Assembly: GCA_016839055.1 (NCBI GenBank)
Contig: JAEKNX010000014.1
Coordinates: 68,051 to 132,050 of the forward strand
Length of the DNA: 64,000 nucleotides
Direction of reading: 5' to 3'
DNA from: Spirochaetales bacterium
GTDB taxonomy: Bacteria > Spirochaetota > Spirochaetia > UBA9216
Of the stretch, positions 20,227 through 29,394 are shown one piece after another. The notes below the pieces were generated by a model. It was not told the DNA's origin. It searched no databases and was given only the letters and a program-made list of their open reading frames with translations. The position numbers were made by a program, and so were the translations under genes. Every line of letters begins with the position of its first letter. The stretch's first letter is position 1.

Positions 20227-20289
20227 CGCATTTCAGTATACATACTACGCATTTTGAGCATTGTTTTCCATCCCCGAGGGGTTTAAAGT
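20227..20289 (+). promoter_or_regulatory. AraC/XylR-type operator (direct repeat, 21-bp spacing) plus sigma70 promoter
   Basis: CGCATTT at 20227 and 20248; -35 TTGTTT 20261-66, 17-bp spacer, -10 TAAAGT 20284-89. Confidence 0.6.
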
Positions 20290-20325
20290 TCATATGTAAA
20301 TAGGAGAAGAAAACCCAGGAGGAGT

Positions 20326-21339
20326 ATGTATATGAACAAAGATGATTTGATTGTCATCACGGGAGCAGGCGGATTTATCGCGGGAGCTCTTGTGAAATAT
20401 TTCAAGGGAAAGGGATTCACCAACCTTAGAGCCGTAGACAAGAAACCGCTCTACCAGTGGTACCAGCTTGTCGAGGGAGCCGAAAGCCTCTGTCTGGACG
20501 TGAGTGAATACGCAAACTGTGTCCGCGCTGTCGAGAACGCAAAAGAAGTGTACAACCTGGCGGCCGACATGGGCGGAATGGGGTTTATTGAAAAAAACCG
20601 CGTGGAATGTCTTCGGTCAATCCTCATAAATACAAATATGATAGAGGCGGCCTACAATGCCGGCGTCGACAGATACTTTTATTCGTCCAGCGCTTGCGTC
20701 TACAATACCGATCTCCAGAAAAATCCGAATGTAATAGCGCTTAAAGAATCTGACGCCTACCCTGCCATGGCCGAACGCGGATACGGCTGGGAAAAACTTC
20801 TGTCCGAGATGTTCTGTGAAGAATATGCGGCAGAACGCGGAATGAAGACTTTCATAGCCCGTTTCCATAATGTCTACGGCCCATACGGAACATGGGACGG
20901 CGGACGCGAGAAGGCTCCAGCCGCGATGTGCCGAAAAGTAATCGAGTCAAAAGACCAGGCTTCAGGAGAAATTGAAATATGGGGAGACGGCTCCCAGACA
21001 AGAAGCTATATGTATATCGACGATTGCACTAGGGGAATCGATATGATAACCCATTGCGATGAGCTGGTGGCTAGGGCTATCAACCTCGGATCATCGGAAC
21101 TTGTTTCGGTAAATAAGCTGGTTAGCATTGTCGAAGAAGTCTCCGGCATTAAAGTAGAGCGAACCTACGACCCCGACGCTCCAAAGGGCGTTGCCGGCAG
21201 AAACAGCGATAACGCCTTCATCAAGAAGATCCTCAATTGGGAGCCGTCAACTCCGCTCAAAGACGGGCTCGCAAAAACCTACAGCTGGATCAATGGCCAG
21301 TACGAGGACAGGAAGGCCGGGAAGAGGACAGTCAGTTAA
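20326..21339 (+). CDS. GDP-mannose 3',5'-epimerase-like extended SDR
   Basis: TGAGGFIA, NLAADMGGMGFI, SSACVY, YGWEK, GTWDGGREKAPAAMCRK closely match GME signatures. Confidence 0.85.
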   Translation: MYMNKDDLIVITGAGGFIAGALVKYFKGKGFTNLRAVDKKPLYQWYQLVEGAESLCLDVSEYANCVRAVENAKEVYNLAADMGGMGFIEKNRVECLRSILINTNMIEAAYNAGVDRYFYSSSACVYNTDLQKNPNVIALKESDAYPAMAERGYGWEKLLSEMFCEEYAAERGMKTFIARFHNVYGPYGTWDGGREKAPAAMCRKVIESKDQASGEIEIWGDGSQTRSYMYIDDCTRGIDMITHCDELVARAINLGSSELVSVNKLVSIVEEVSGIKVERTYDPDAPKGVAGRNSDNAFIKKILNWEPSTPLKDGLAKTYSWINGQYEDRKAGKRTVS

Positions 21340-21342
21340 CCC

Positions 21343-22125
21343 ATGACTGATGTAATAGGAAAAATTCCATACCGGATGGCTTTAGCGGGCGGCTGGATAG
21401 ACCAGCCGTTCGTCTCCGCCCACAATCCGGACCCAGACGGCTCGATGGTGGTCGTAAGCCTTATTCCGGAGTTCCCGTTCATGGACCGCTGCGGTATGGC
21501 TACCAGTTCAAGAAAGGTCGCCGAGCGGATATGGAGCAAAACTCTGCCTGCGGGCTCTACTGAAAAACTTGTCAGGCTGCTTTACGAGGAAGAAAACGGC
21601 AGCAATACTGAACCCTCGGGATCTCAGGATATGATCGGCATTATCTACCCGGGAATCAGCAGACTGGATTATTCAATAAATAATGAAGGCGGGTATTTCC
21701 CCGTCAACATTGAATCATGCAACGACCGAAAAACTGCAGCATGGCTTGAGCGGAACATCAATGTGATTCCCATTGCCCAGAGGCCTAACGGATATAATCC
21801 GCTTGAGATAAAGAATCTCGATCCTGAGTGGATCAGCAGACTGGGAAAATCAGGAAGGGACTGCTATGACGCAATTTTAGACCATGACAGGCCGGCACTG
21901 GGCAGATCGATGAACGACAGCATGCTGTGCTGGGAGACGATCCTGCCCGGGACTGTTGTGCATCCATCTCTCACCGTCGATCTGAGGGCGATACTCTCCC
22001 ACTATCAGGAAAGGTATGACGGGGCAATGTTCTCAGGCTGCGGAGGAGGTTATCTCTACGTGGTCTCGGAAGAAGATGTCCCCGGAGGAAGCAGGGTGAA
22101 GGTTAGAACCGAGGATCCCAGGTGA
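21343..22125 (+). CDS. GHMP-kinase-like protein
   Basis: PYRMALAGGWIDQP, SGSQD, C-terminal SGCGGGYL. Confidence 0.7.
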   Translation: MTDVIGKIPYRMALAGGWIDQPFVSAHNPDPDGSMVVVSLIPEFPFMDRCGMATSSRKVAERIWSKTLPAGSTEKLVRLLYEEENGSNTEPSGSQDMIGIIYPGISRLDYSINNEGGYFPVNIESCNDRKTAAWLERNINVIPIAQRPNGYNPLEIKNLDPEWISRLGKSGRDCYDAILDHDRPALGRSMNDSMLCWETILPGTVVHPSLTVDLRAILSHYQERYDGAMFSGCGGGYLYVVSEEDVPGGSRVKVRTEDPR

Positions 22126-22952
22126 TGAAAAAGACAGCAGTCAGCGGAAGCTTTGATGATATCCGATTGGCAGATCTGAAATTCCTGAAGGCGGCAGCCG
22201 AAACGGGGAAGGTGCGCCTCCGTCTATGGACCGATGAGATGCACCGGAGCGTCTACGGCAAGTCCCCCAAGTTCTGCTTGTCGGAACGGCTGTATTTCAC
22301 CGAGTCGCTAATCTATGTTGATGAGGTGACTCCCGTCGGCGGGATATTTGACCCCGACCGCCTTCCGGAGACCAAAGACACCAACATCTGGTTCATAAGG
22401 TCGGAAGATGATTGCCCTGAAAAAAGAGCTTTCTGCGCCGAAAATAACATTGATTTCAGAATCTATAATCCCGCAGCGGAAAGACTTCCGGAAGCTGAGA
22501 CAACCGAGGCCGTCGGAGAATCCGGGAGTACAGATTCACCCGGAAAGAAAATAATTGTCACAGGCTGCTATGACTATTTCCATACCGGCCACATAAGATT
22601 CTTCGAAGAGGCATCTGAATACGGGAAACTCAAGGTCGTAATAGGAAGCGACAAAAATGTTTCGCTGCTCAAGGGCGAGGGCCACCCCCACTACAGCGAG
22701 GACGAGAGGCTCTTCATGGTCCGGTCAATTAAATTCGTCGAGGAGGCCTGCATCTCGACAGGCTCGGGCTGGATGGATGCCGAACCCGAGATAGAAAGAC
22801 TCAGGCCGGATATCTATGTAGTAAATGAAGACGGCGACAAGCCCGAAAAACGTGAGTTCTGCGAAAAACACAACCTGCAGTATCTCATCCTTAAAAGAGT
22901 CCCGAAAGACGGACTCCCCCCGAGAACCAGCACCAATCTCAGAGGCTTCTGA
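22122..22952 (+). CDS. Tandem cytidylyl/adenylyltransferase-family (HxGH) protein; N-terminal copy degenerate
   Basis: Domain 1 SGSFDDIRLAD (no HxGH); domain 2 TGCYDYFHTGH...RTSTNLR. Confidence 0.8.
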   Translation: MMKKTAVSGSFDDIRLADLKFLKAAAETGKVRLRLWTDEMHRSVYGKSPKFCLSERLYFTESLIYVDEVTPVGGIFDPDRLPETKDTNIWFIRSEDDCPEKRAFCAENNIDFRIYNPAAERLPEAETTEAVGESGSTDSPGKKIIVTGCYDYFHTGHIRFFEEASEYGKLKVVIGSDKNVSLLKGEGHPHYSEDERLFMVRSIKFVEEACISTGSGWMDAEPEIERLRPDIYVVNEDGDKPEKREFCEKHNLQYLILKRVPKDGLPPRTSTNLRGF

Positions 22953-23069
22953 GAAAAAAGCTAACGGCAAGTGATGGTAAAGAGACATTCCGGTTTGCCT
23001 TATATTTTTCAGCCTGATTAAAAACAATACTGTTGTTGATAAATTTTATGTTATTATGAATTAATAATT

Positions 23070-25889
23070 ATGAAAATTATAAAGAAAACGTTTAACAATT
23101 CATCATGGAACCGCTCGATTCTGCATGTCATCCTAGGCCTGCTCATCGGATGTGTCATGATAGTCATTTCTCACAAGACTATCCTGCTCGATAATTTCGA
23201 AAAGCTTTTATATGACTCCTTGTTCTTTCTGCGGGAACAAACGACCGAAGAAATAGTATCGGGAGAAAAGAATCAGTACATTCCGAAGGACATAGTTTTC
23301 ACGGCTATCGATGATGAATCCATAGCCGTTCTCGGAAAATGGCCATGGCCGAGGAATATCCATGGACAACTGCTTGAGAATCTAGAGCGCTTTGGAATTC
23401 AGTCTGCATTTTTTGATATTCTATTTGCAAACCCGGAGCAGATGCCAGACAGTCTGCGTGAAAGCATAGGGGATGACGTAAAGCTCCTTGCCATCATCGA
23501 GGCGCATTATGACAAAATGGATAATATCTTTGCCGAGGTCCTCGGCGAATCGGATAACGACTTCATTGCATCAAAACTGACTCTCGAAGAAACCAGCCCG
23601 GCCGACAGCCGTCAGGCCGCGATGCATCGGAGGCTGGAATCCATTCCGGCTCCCGCCGAAACTGAAGTACTTTTCAAGGGTGTTCTACCGCTATGGCCCC
23701 CCTTCGTAAATTCTGCTCAGCCCCTGATTGTCAATCAGTATCTCGACAGCGACGGCACGGTCAGATCCTGTCCGCTATTATTCCCTTATAATAACCACGA
23801 AAACGAGCCCCGGTACTATCTCTCGGCTGCATTGTCTCTGGTAATAGACTACCTCAGGGCTGAACCCGAAGATATAGAGATAGCCGACAGGTATTTGATA
23901 ATCCATAACGCGAAGATTCCGGCAGTCGATAAAAAGACGGGAACATTCCGCCTTTTCAGGATGGACATCGACTCTCTTGAAAGTGATATTCTTGACGATC
24001 AGGATAATTTTAATACGAACCTGTATAATTTTCTTTTAAACGAATACGGTTATTTTTATCCTGACAGCGACATGCCTGCCCTGCCGCTTCCTGTCAGACT
24101 GGAAAAGACAGGAAACGGATTCAAACTGCTCGAAGGCCGCGAGATCATAGAGGCGGCCAAAACCCTGGGCGTCAGGAATATCTCCGTTATCCTATATGAG
24201 GCCGGTGACTTTAAAATTTCTCATAGACTTCACAGTTCAGGCAATCCATTCACCTTCCTGATAAATTATGCCGGAAGTGAGCAGGTCCGCTATAAAAATC
24301 CATATACAAATGCTATTGAAGTTCATTCTCCGGTTACGACGGTCTCTTATGCCGATATAGCAGATGGAGGGCTTCCAGAGCTTCCAGATCTGACTAGTAA
24401 TTCTATTGCGTCACTCTCTCTTGATAAGTACAAAACCTGGTTCACCAGCTACTGCAGAAAACTTGGAATAGAACAGGATCAGAACCTTCTTCCTGAAGAT
24501 ATCTTCGATGGCCTGCAGGCCGAATACTCAAAAAAATTCAGAACCCTGTACGGAACTCATGTATTCATAGGCTATCAGTCCAGGGGGGTAACCTACGATA
24601 TTCTCCAGACTCCCTATGATACAATGTTTGGAACACATGTTCTTATTAATGCCGTCAGCACAATTATATCAGGTAATCAACTTCACCCCCTTCCTCTATT
24701 TCAGGAAATTCTTCTTGTTCTGCTTCTCGGCGCTGCCTCAGCATTTCTATACAGTCGGTTCCCGCTGAAATTAAGGGGAATAATCTTCGCCTCAGAGATG
24801 ATCCTGCTCTACTTTGCTTGTTACATTCTCTTTGCCAGGTTCAATAGGATTGTAAATATGAGTCTCATCCTGTCGTCACAGACTCTGTTATTCGTGAGTT
24901 CTACCCTTCTAATGCTGCTCTTTGAAGAAAAAGATAAAAGATTTTATCAATCGACCTTTTCGCGATATTTATCACCCGAGGTCATCGAAGCCCTGTATAA
25001 ATCGGGCGAGCACCCGAGACTGGGCGGCGAATCTCAGACAATCACGGCATTCTTTTCAGATATTGAAGGTTTTACAACAATCTCCGAGGCCATGGAACCG
25101 AAAATGCTCGTTGATTTTCTCAACACATATCTTTCCGCCATGACAAAGATAATATCCGAAAACCAGGGCACTCTCGATAAATACATAGGAGACGCTATTG
25201 TTGCATTCTTCGGGGCGCCGTATCACTATGACGACACCCCCTTGAAAGCCGTTACCACAGCCCTGCTTCTCCAGCGGCGGCTTGAGGAATTGAAAAAAGT
25301 ATGGGCCGACATGGAGGCGCCATGGCCGCAGGCCGCAGGCAACCTGAGAATGCGGATAGGCTTGAACACAGGCAATATAATAACCGGCAACATAGGCTCC
25401 TATTTGAGGATGGATTATACAATGATAGGGGATGATGTAAATCTCGCATCACGCCTTGAATCTGCCGCAAAGCAATACGGGTTATACACCCTTATGAGCG
25501 AGAAAACCTATTTGCACGAGTTTATCTGTAATGACGGAAAACTCCGCTGCGTCAGAGACTTCGTCCATGCCAGGTTTATCGACCGTATTATTGTCATGGG
25601 AAGGTCGAAGCCGGTGAATATCTATGAACCGCTATACTTCACCTTGGAGGAGAACAAACCGCTCGAGAATCTCATAAACAATTTCTCAGCCGGAATGAAT
25701 AAGTACCGGCTGATGAATTGGACGGGGGCTATAACGGAATTTGAAAAATCGGCAGGTTTCGAAATAGAGAGCTCTTCCGGAATAAACCCGAGTCTCAAGT
25801 ATATAGACAGATGCAGACATTATCAGGAGGATCCGCCCGCAGAAAAAGACGGTAAATGGGACGGAGTCTTCACCTTAAAAAACAAATAA
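23070..25889 (+). CDS. CHASE2-domain class III adenylate cyclase
   Basis: IDDESI..LGKWPWPR, DSDGTVR, 3 TM helices, FFSDIEGFT, DKYIGDA, YTMIGDDVNLASRLE, C-terminal WDGVF. Confidence 0.92.
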   Translation: MKIIKKTFNNSSWNRSILHVILGLLIGCVMIVISHKTILLDNFEKLLYDSLFFLREQTTEEIVSGEKNQYIPKDIVFTAIDDESIAVLGKWPWPRNIHGQLLENLERFGIQSAFFDILFANPEQMPDSLRESIGDDVKLLAIIEAHYDKMDNIFAEVLGESDNDFIASKLTLEETSPADSRQAAMHRRLESIPAPAETEVLFKGVLPLWPPFVNSAQPLIVNQYLDSDGTVRSCPLLFPYNNHENEPRYYLSAALSLVIDYLRAEPEDIEIADRYLIIHNAKIPAVDKKTGTFRLFRMDIDSLESDILDDQDNFNTNLYNFLLNEYGYFYPDSDMPALPLPVRLEKTGNGFKLLEGREIIEAAKTLGVRNISVILYEAGDFKISHRLHSSGNPFTFLINYAGSEQVRYKNPYTNAIEVHSPVTTVSYADIADGGLPELPDLTSNSIASLSLDKYKTWFTSYCRKLGIEQDQNLLPEDIFDGLQAEYSKKFRTLYGTHVFIGYQSRGVTYDILQTPYDTMFGTHVLINAVSTIISGNQLHPLPLFQEILLVLLLGAASAFLYSRFPLKLRGIIFASEMILLYFACYILFARFNRIVNMSLILSSQTLLFVSSTLLMLLFEEKDKRFYQSTFSRYLSPEVIEALYKSGEHPRLGGESQTITAFFSDIEGFTTISEAMEPKMLVDFLNTYLSAMTKIISENQGTLDKYIGDAIVAFFGAPYHYDDTPLKAVTTALLLQRRLEELKKVWADMEAPWPQAAGNLRMRIGLNTGNIITGNIGSYLRMDYTMIGDDVNLASRLESAAKQYGLYTLMSEKTYLHEFICNDGKLRCVRDFVHARFIDRIIVMGRSKPVNIYEPLYFTLEENKPLENLINNFSAGMNKYRLMNWTGAITEFEKSAGFEIESSSGINPSLKYIDRCRHYQEDPPAEKDGKWDGVFTLKNK

Positions 25890-25905
25890 AATATGGAGGA
25901 GAAAA

Positions 25906-26934
25906 ATGCCTGTCAATAAACGAAATTTAATAATCATCCTTTCAGCCGCGGCCCTGGTTATCGCTATCTGTGTTACAGGGATGATAATGCTTCAGAACAG
26001 AGAAATGCTGATTGTCCGCTCACCTCTGCTGTTCAGACAGACTCCGATAATTACCTTTGTGGAAGGAGAATGTTTTTATCGGGAAAATGACAATAGTGAC
26101 TGGCTCGAAGCTGAGGCCGGCAGCAAGATCAAACTCGGATTCCAGGTAAAGACCCAACGCTCATCCAAGATAGATATCCGGCTACACAAGGATACTGTTG
26201 TAAGGATAACCGAAAACTCTTTACTGACTATTAATGATTTAACATTAAAAACACTTAGCCTCAACCTCGAAAAAGGTCAACTATATGGACGATTTCATCG
26301 CATATTCAAAGATCAATCGCTTAACATAAGGACTCCAACAACAATAGCTGCAGTAAGGGGAACAAAGCTGGCCTTTGAGATTAAAGAGTCGGGAAGCAGT
26401 ATGTATACCGACGTCTTCTCATTGGACGGGATTACCGAGATTATAAACCCGGAGCTGCCCGAGAAACCTCTCCTTTTATCTCTACAGAGAAAAACCAGAG
26501 TCAGTGCCGGCAACCAGCCGACGACGCCTGCAGAACTGGATGATAAGGAAATAGACCGTCTGACCAAAATAATCAATGCAATCAATGAGGATCAAGTCCT
26601 CCTGATTACAAACCAGATCCAGTTTGCTCCCAATACCGCCGAGATGACATCCGAAGCCATCCCGGAACTAGAGAAAGCTGCAAGCCTGATTAAATCACAG
26701 AGAAAAAAGAGCATCCTTATAACCGGGCACACTGCGGCAGTAGGAACTCCGGACGCAATGTACCGGCTGTCAATAGACAGAGCACTGGCAGTAAAAAACT
26801 ATCTCGTTGAAAACGGGATTAATGAATCCTCACTTGAAATAGTCGGATTCGGCGGAGAAAAGCCAATAGCCGACAACGACACCCCCGAAGGCAGAGCTTT
26901 AAACAGGAGGGTCGAGTTCCACTTCAACGAGTAA
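25906..26934 (+). CDS. FecR-domain/OmpA-C peptidoglycan-binding fusion protein
   Basis: N-terminal TM; TPTTIAAVRGT (FecR); ITGHT...LSIDRALAV...NRRVEF (OmpA). Confidence 0.85.
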   Translation: MPVNKRNLIIILSAAALVIAICVTGMIMLQNREMLIVRSPLLFRQTPIITFVEGECFYRENDNSDWLEAEAGSKIKLGFQVKTQRSSKIDIRLHKDTVVRITENSLLTINDLTLKTLSLNLEKGQLYGRFHRIFKDQSLNIRTPTTIAAVRGTKLAFEIKESGSSMYTDVFSLDGITEIINPELPEKPLLLSLQRKTRVSAGNQPTTPAELDDKEIDRLTKIINAINEDQVLLITNQIQFAPNTAEMTSEAIPELEKAASLIKSQRKKSILITGHTAAVGTPDAMYRLSIDRALAVKNYLVENGINESSLEIVGFGGEKPIADNDTPEGRALNRRVEFHFNE

Positions 26935-27697
26935 GAAAATCAGAAAGATGCTGTCGAAAGACCTCGGGCTGCTCAGTATGTACCCAGTGGCCCGAGTTTT
27001 CTATGGTCTTCACCTCAAAGGCCGGGAACAGGCTTTCTATTAAGTCAAAATGCTTATCCTGAACAAAATCTGACTCACTACCCCTTAAAAAAAGGACCGG
27101 TCCGCCGTAGCTCCGTCCGTTCTCTATGGCCTTCCAGATATTCTCATAATTTGAGGTTATACTATTAATATTAATTCTCCAGCGAAACTTTCCCGAGTCA
27201 TCCTTTCTTAAATTAGTAAGAAAAAACATCCGAAGACTTCTGTCGGGAATATATTTTTCAAGCTCCAACCCTGCCTCGGAGCGATTCTTAATTCCGTTAA
27301 GATTAATTTTTCCGAGAGAATTTATATAATCAGTGTAGGCTGGCTTGTACTCAATCGGCGCTATATCGGCCACAACCATGGAGCGAAGCCGCTCCGGAGC
27401 CCTGAGCGCCGCCTCCATTGCCGTCTTTCCGCCCATTGAGTGGCCTACAAGGCTGAACTCATCAATCCCGAGAGAGTCGGCAAGGCGCAGCAAATCATCG
27501 GCCATGAGCGGATAGTTCATCTCACTGCTATGAGGTGAGGCGCCGTGGTTACGCTGATCGACGGCTATACACCGAAGGCCTGCCTCTGAGAGGCTTCGGC
27601 AGGTTGATCCCCAGTTATCCGCGCTCCCGAGAAGTCCATGCAAAAAAAATACTGCAGGATTCTCCTGCAGTCCGTAATCTTTAACGTTTAGAATCAC
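26924..27697 (-). CDS. Alpha/beta hydrolase (YbfF-like esterase)
   Basis: HGLLGS, GHSMGG, GHWVH; probable GTG start at 27697 after AAGGAG. Confidence 0.88.
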   Translation of the reverse strand: MILNVKDYGLQENPAVFFLHGLLGSADNWGSTCRSLSEAGLRCIAVDQRNHGASPHSSEMNYPLMADDLLRLADSLGIDEFSLVGHSMGGKTAMEAALRAPERLRSMVVADIAPIEYKPAYTDYINSLGKINLNGIKNRSEAGLELEKYIPDRSLRMFFLTNLRKDDSGKFRWRININSITSNYENIWKAIENGRSYGGPVLFLRGSESDFVQDKHFDLIESLFPAFEVKTIENSGHWVHTEQPEVFRQHLSDFLTR

Positions 27698-29354
27698 GTG
27701 GAAGCGGCTCCTTCTTATCAGCCTGGAGGGTTGGGATATCGCCCACGCCGTCGAGGATATAACCGGGCCTGTAGGCAAACCGGACCATTTCCTTTTCGTC
27801 AGTCACGCCGCTTAAAACCAGAACAGTCTCAATCTCCGATTCAATACCGGAAATAATATCGGTATCCATCCTGTCGCCGACAATGACAGTGTCCTCACGC
27901 TTTGCCTCGAGACGCTTCATAGCCTGACGCATCATCAGCGGATTGGGCTTGCCGACATAGTAGGCCTTGTTGCCGGTTGCAAGCTCTATAGGCGCCATAA
28001 GAGCGCCGGTCGCGGGGGTTATCCCGTTTTCAATAGGACCGGTTAGATCCGGGTTAGTACCTACCAGCTTCGCGCCCTGAACAACAAGATTTACCGCATG
28101 CTCGAGCATCTCCATATTATACGTCTTCGATTCCCCGACAACCACATAATCAGGATTAACATCATTCATCGTAAGACCTGCGTCATAGAGAGCGTTAATA
28201 AGCCCGGCTTCACCGATTACAAAGGCCGATCCGCCGGGCTGCTGCTGAGCGAGGAATCCAGCTGTAGCCAATGCACTTGTGTAGAAATGTTCTTTCTCTA
28301 CCTCAACTCCAAGCCGCGCGAGTTTCTGTTGTAGTTCAAGAGGGGATCTCTGGCTGCCGTTTGTCAGGAACAGAAATTTTTTATCTTCTTCTCTCAGCCA
28401 GGCTACGAATTCCTTTACTCCGGGAAGCAGTTTATTACCATGGTAAATCACCCCGTCCATATCACAGATAAATGCTTTTTTTGCTCTTAAATTCTTCATA
28501 TTAGCCTCTTTGTAAATATACTCTTCAACTTCTTCTATGATCCAGTCAGGTGTTGATGCCCCGGCTGTTATCCCGATTGTACTGTATTGAAAAACTTCCG
28601 GAGGAAGTTCATCCTTCGTCTCTATATGCCAGCAGGGAAGCCCCGCGTCGAGGGTTGTCGTGTACAGCCGCCTTGTATTGGCGCTGTTCTTTCCGCCGAT
28701 TATCACAATCGCTTCAGTTTGTTCTATAAGCTTCTGCAGGGAGCTCTGCCGCTTTCTGGCTGCAGGACATATTGTCATCCGCTCTTCCAACCTGATACCC
28801 TTCCCTGCGCATTTCTGCTGAAGAACCGAACAGACTCTAAGGAATTCGTCTTCCCTTATTGTTGTCTGGGCAATCACCAGAGTGTCCTTATTTAGATCAA
28901 GCATCTCCGCGTCTTCCGCCGTCCGGACTATATCCGAAGTCTCGGCATGCCCTGATAGTCCTTTTACCTCACCATGGTCCAGATCCCCGACAATTACGAC
29001 ATGCATTCCATTCTTCGATGCGGCGTCAACATGCTCCTGGGACTTAAGCACCCGAGGACAGGTTCCGTCGACAATCTCAACATTCATTCCCTCAAGCTTC
29101 TTTATTTCCTGAGGGGACACTCCATGAGCCCTTATTACGACAAAGCCGTCGGTGGCCTCTTCCGGACTGCCTATGATCTCTATCCCGCTTTCTTTCAATC
29201 GGTCAAGTACTGACGGATTATGGATAAGTGGACCGTAGGTGCTTATCCTATCATCAGGATGCTCAGCGCGCAGCTCTTCTATTGTATCCATCGCCCGGCG
29301 GACGCCCATACAGAAGCCCATTGTATCAGCTTTTATCAGTCTAAATTCTTTCAT
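27681..29354 (-). CDS. ispH: IspH (HMBPP reductase) fused in-frame to NagD-family HAD-IIA phosphatase
   Basis: GFCMGV, IHN, DGTCPRV, TICPA, SANT, TAGASTP then DMDGV, LTNGS, GKP, GDRMDTDI; no stop between the two domains. Confidence 0.85.
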   Translation of the reverse strand: MKEFRLIKADTMGFCMGVRRAMDTIEELRAEHPDDRISTYGPLIHNPSVLDRLKESGIEIIGSPEEATDGFVVIRAHGVSPQEIKKLEGMNVEIVDGTCPRVLKSQEHVDAASKNGMHVVIVGDLDHGEVKGLSGHAETSDIVRTAEDAEMLDLNKDTLVIAQTTIREDEFLRVCSVLQQKCAGKGIRLEERMTICPAARKRQSSLQKLIEQTEAIVIIGGKNSANTRRLYTTTLDAGLPCWHIETKDELPPEVFQYSTIGITAGASTPDWIIEEVEEYIYKEANMKNLRAKKAFICDMDGVIYHGNKLLPGVKEFVAWLREEDKKFLFLTNGSQRSPLELQQKLARLGVEVEKEHFYTSALATAGFLAQQQPGGSAFVIGEAGLINALYDAGLTMNDVNPDYVVVGESKTYNMEMLEHAVNLVVQGAKLVGTNPDLTGPIENGITPATGALMAPIELATGNKAYYVGKPNPLMMRQAMKRLEAKREDTVIVGDRMDTDIISGIESEIETVLVLSGVTDEKEMVRFAYRPGYILDGVGDIPTLQADKKEPLPRDSKR

Positions 29355-29394
29355 TTTCATATTATACTATCCAGATATTTATTTTAAAAGAGCC

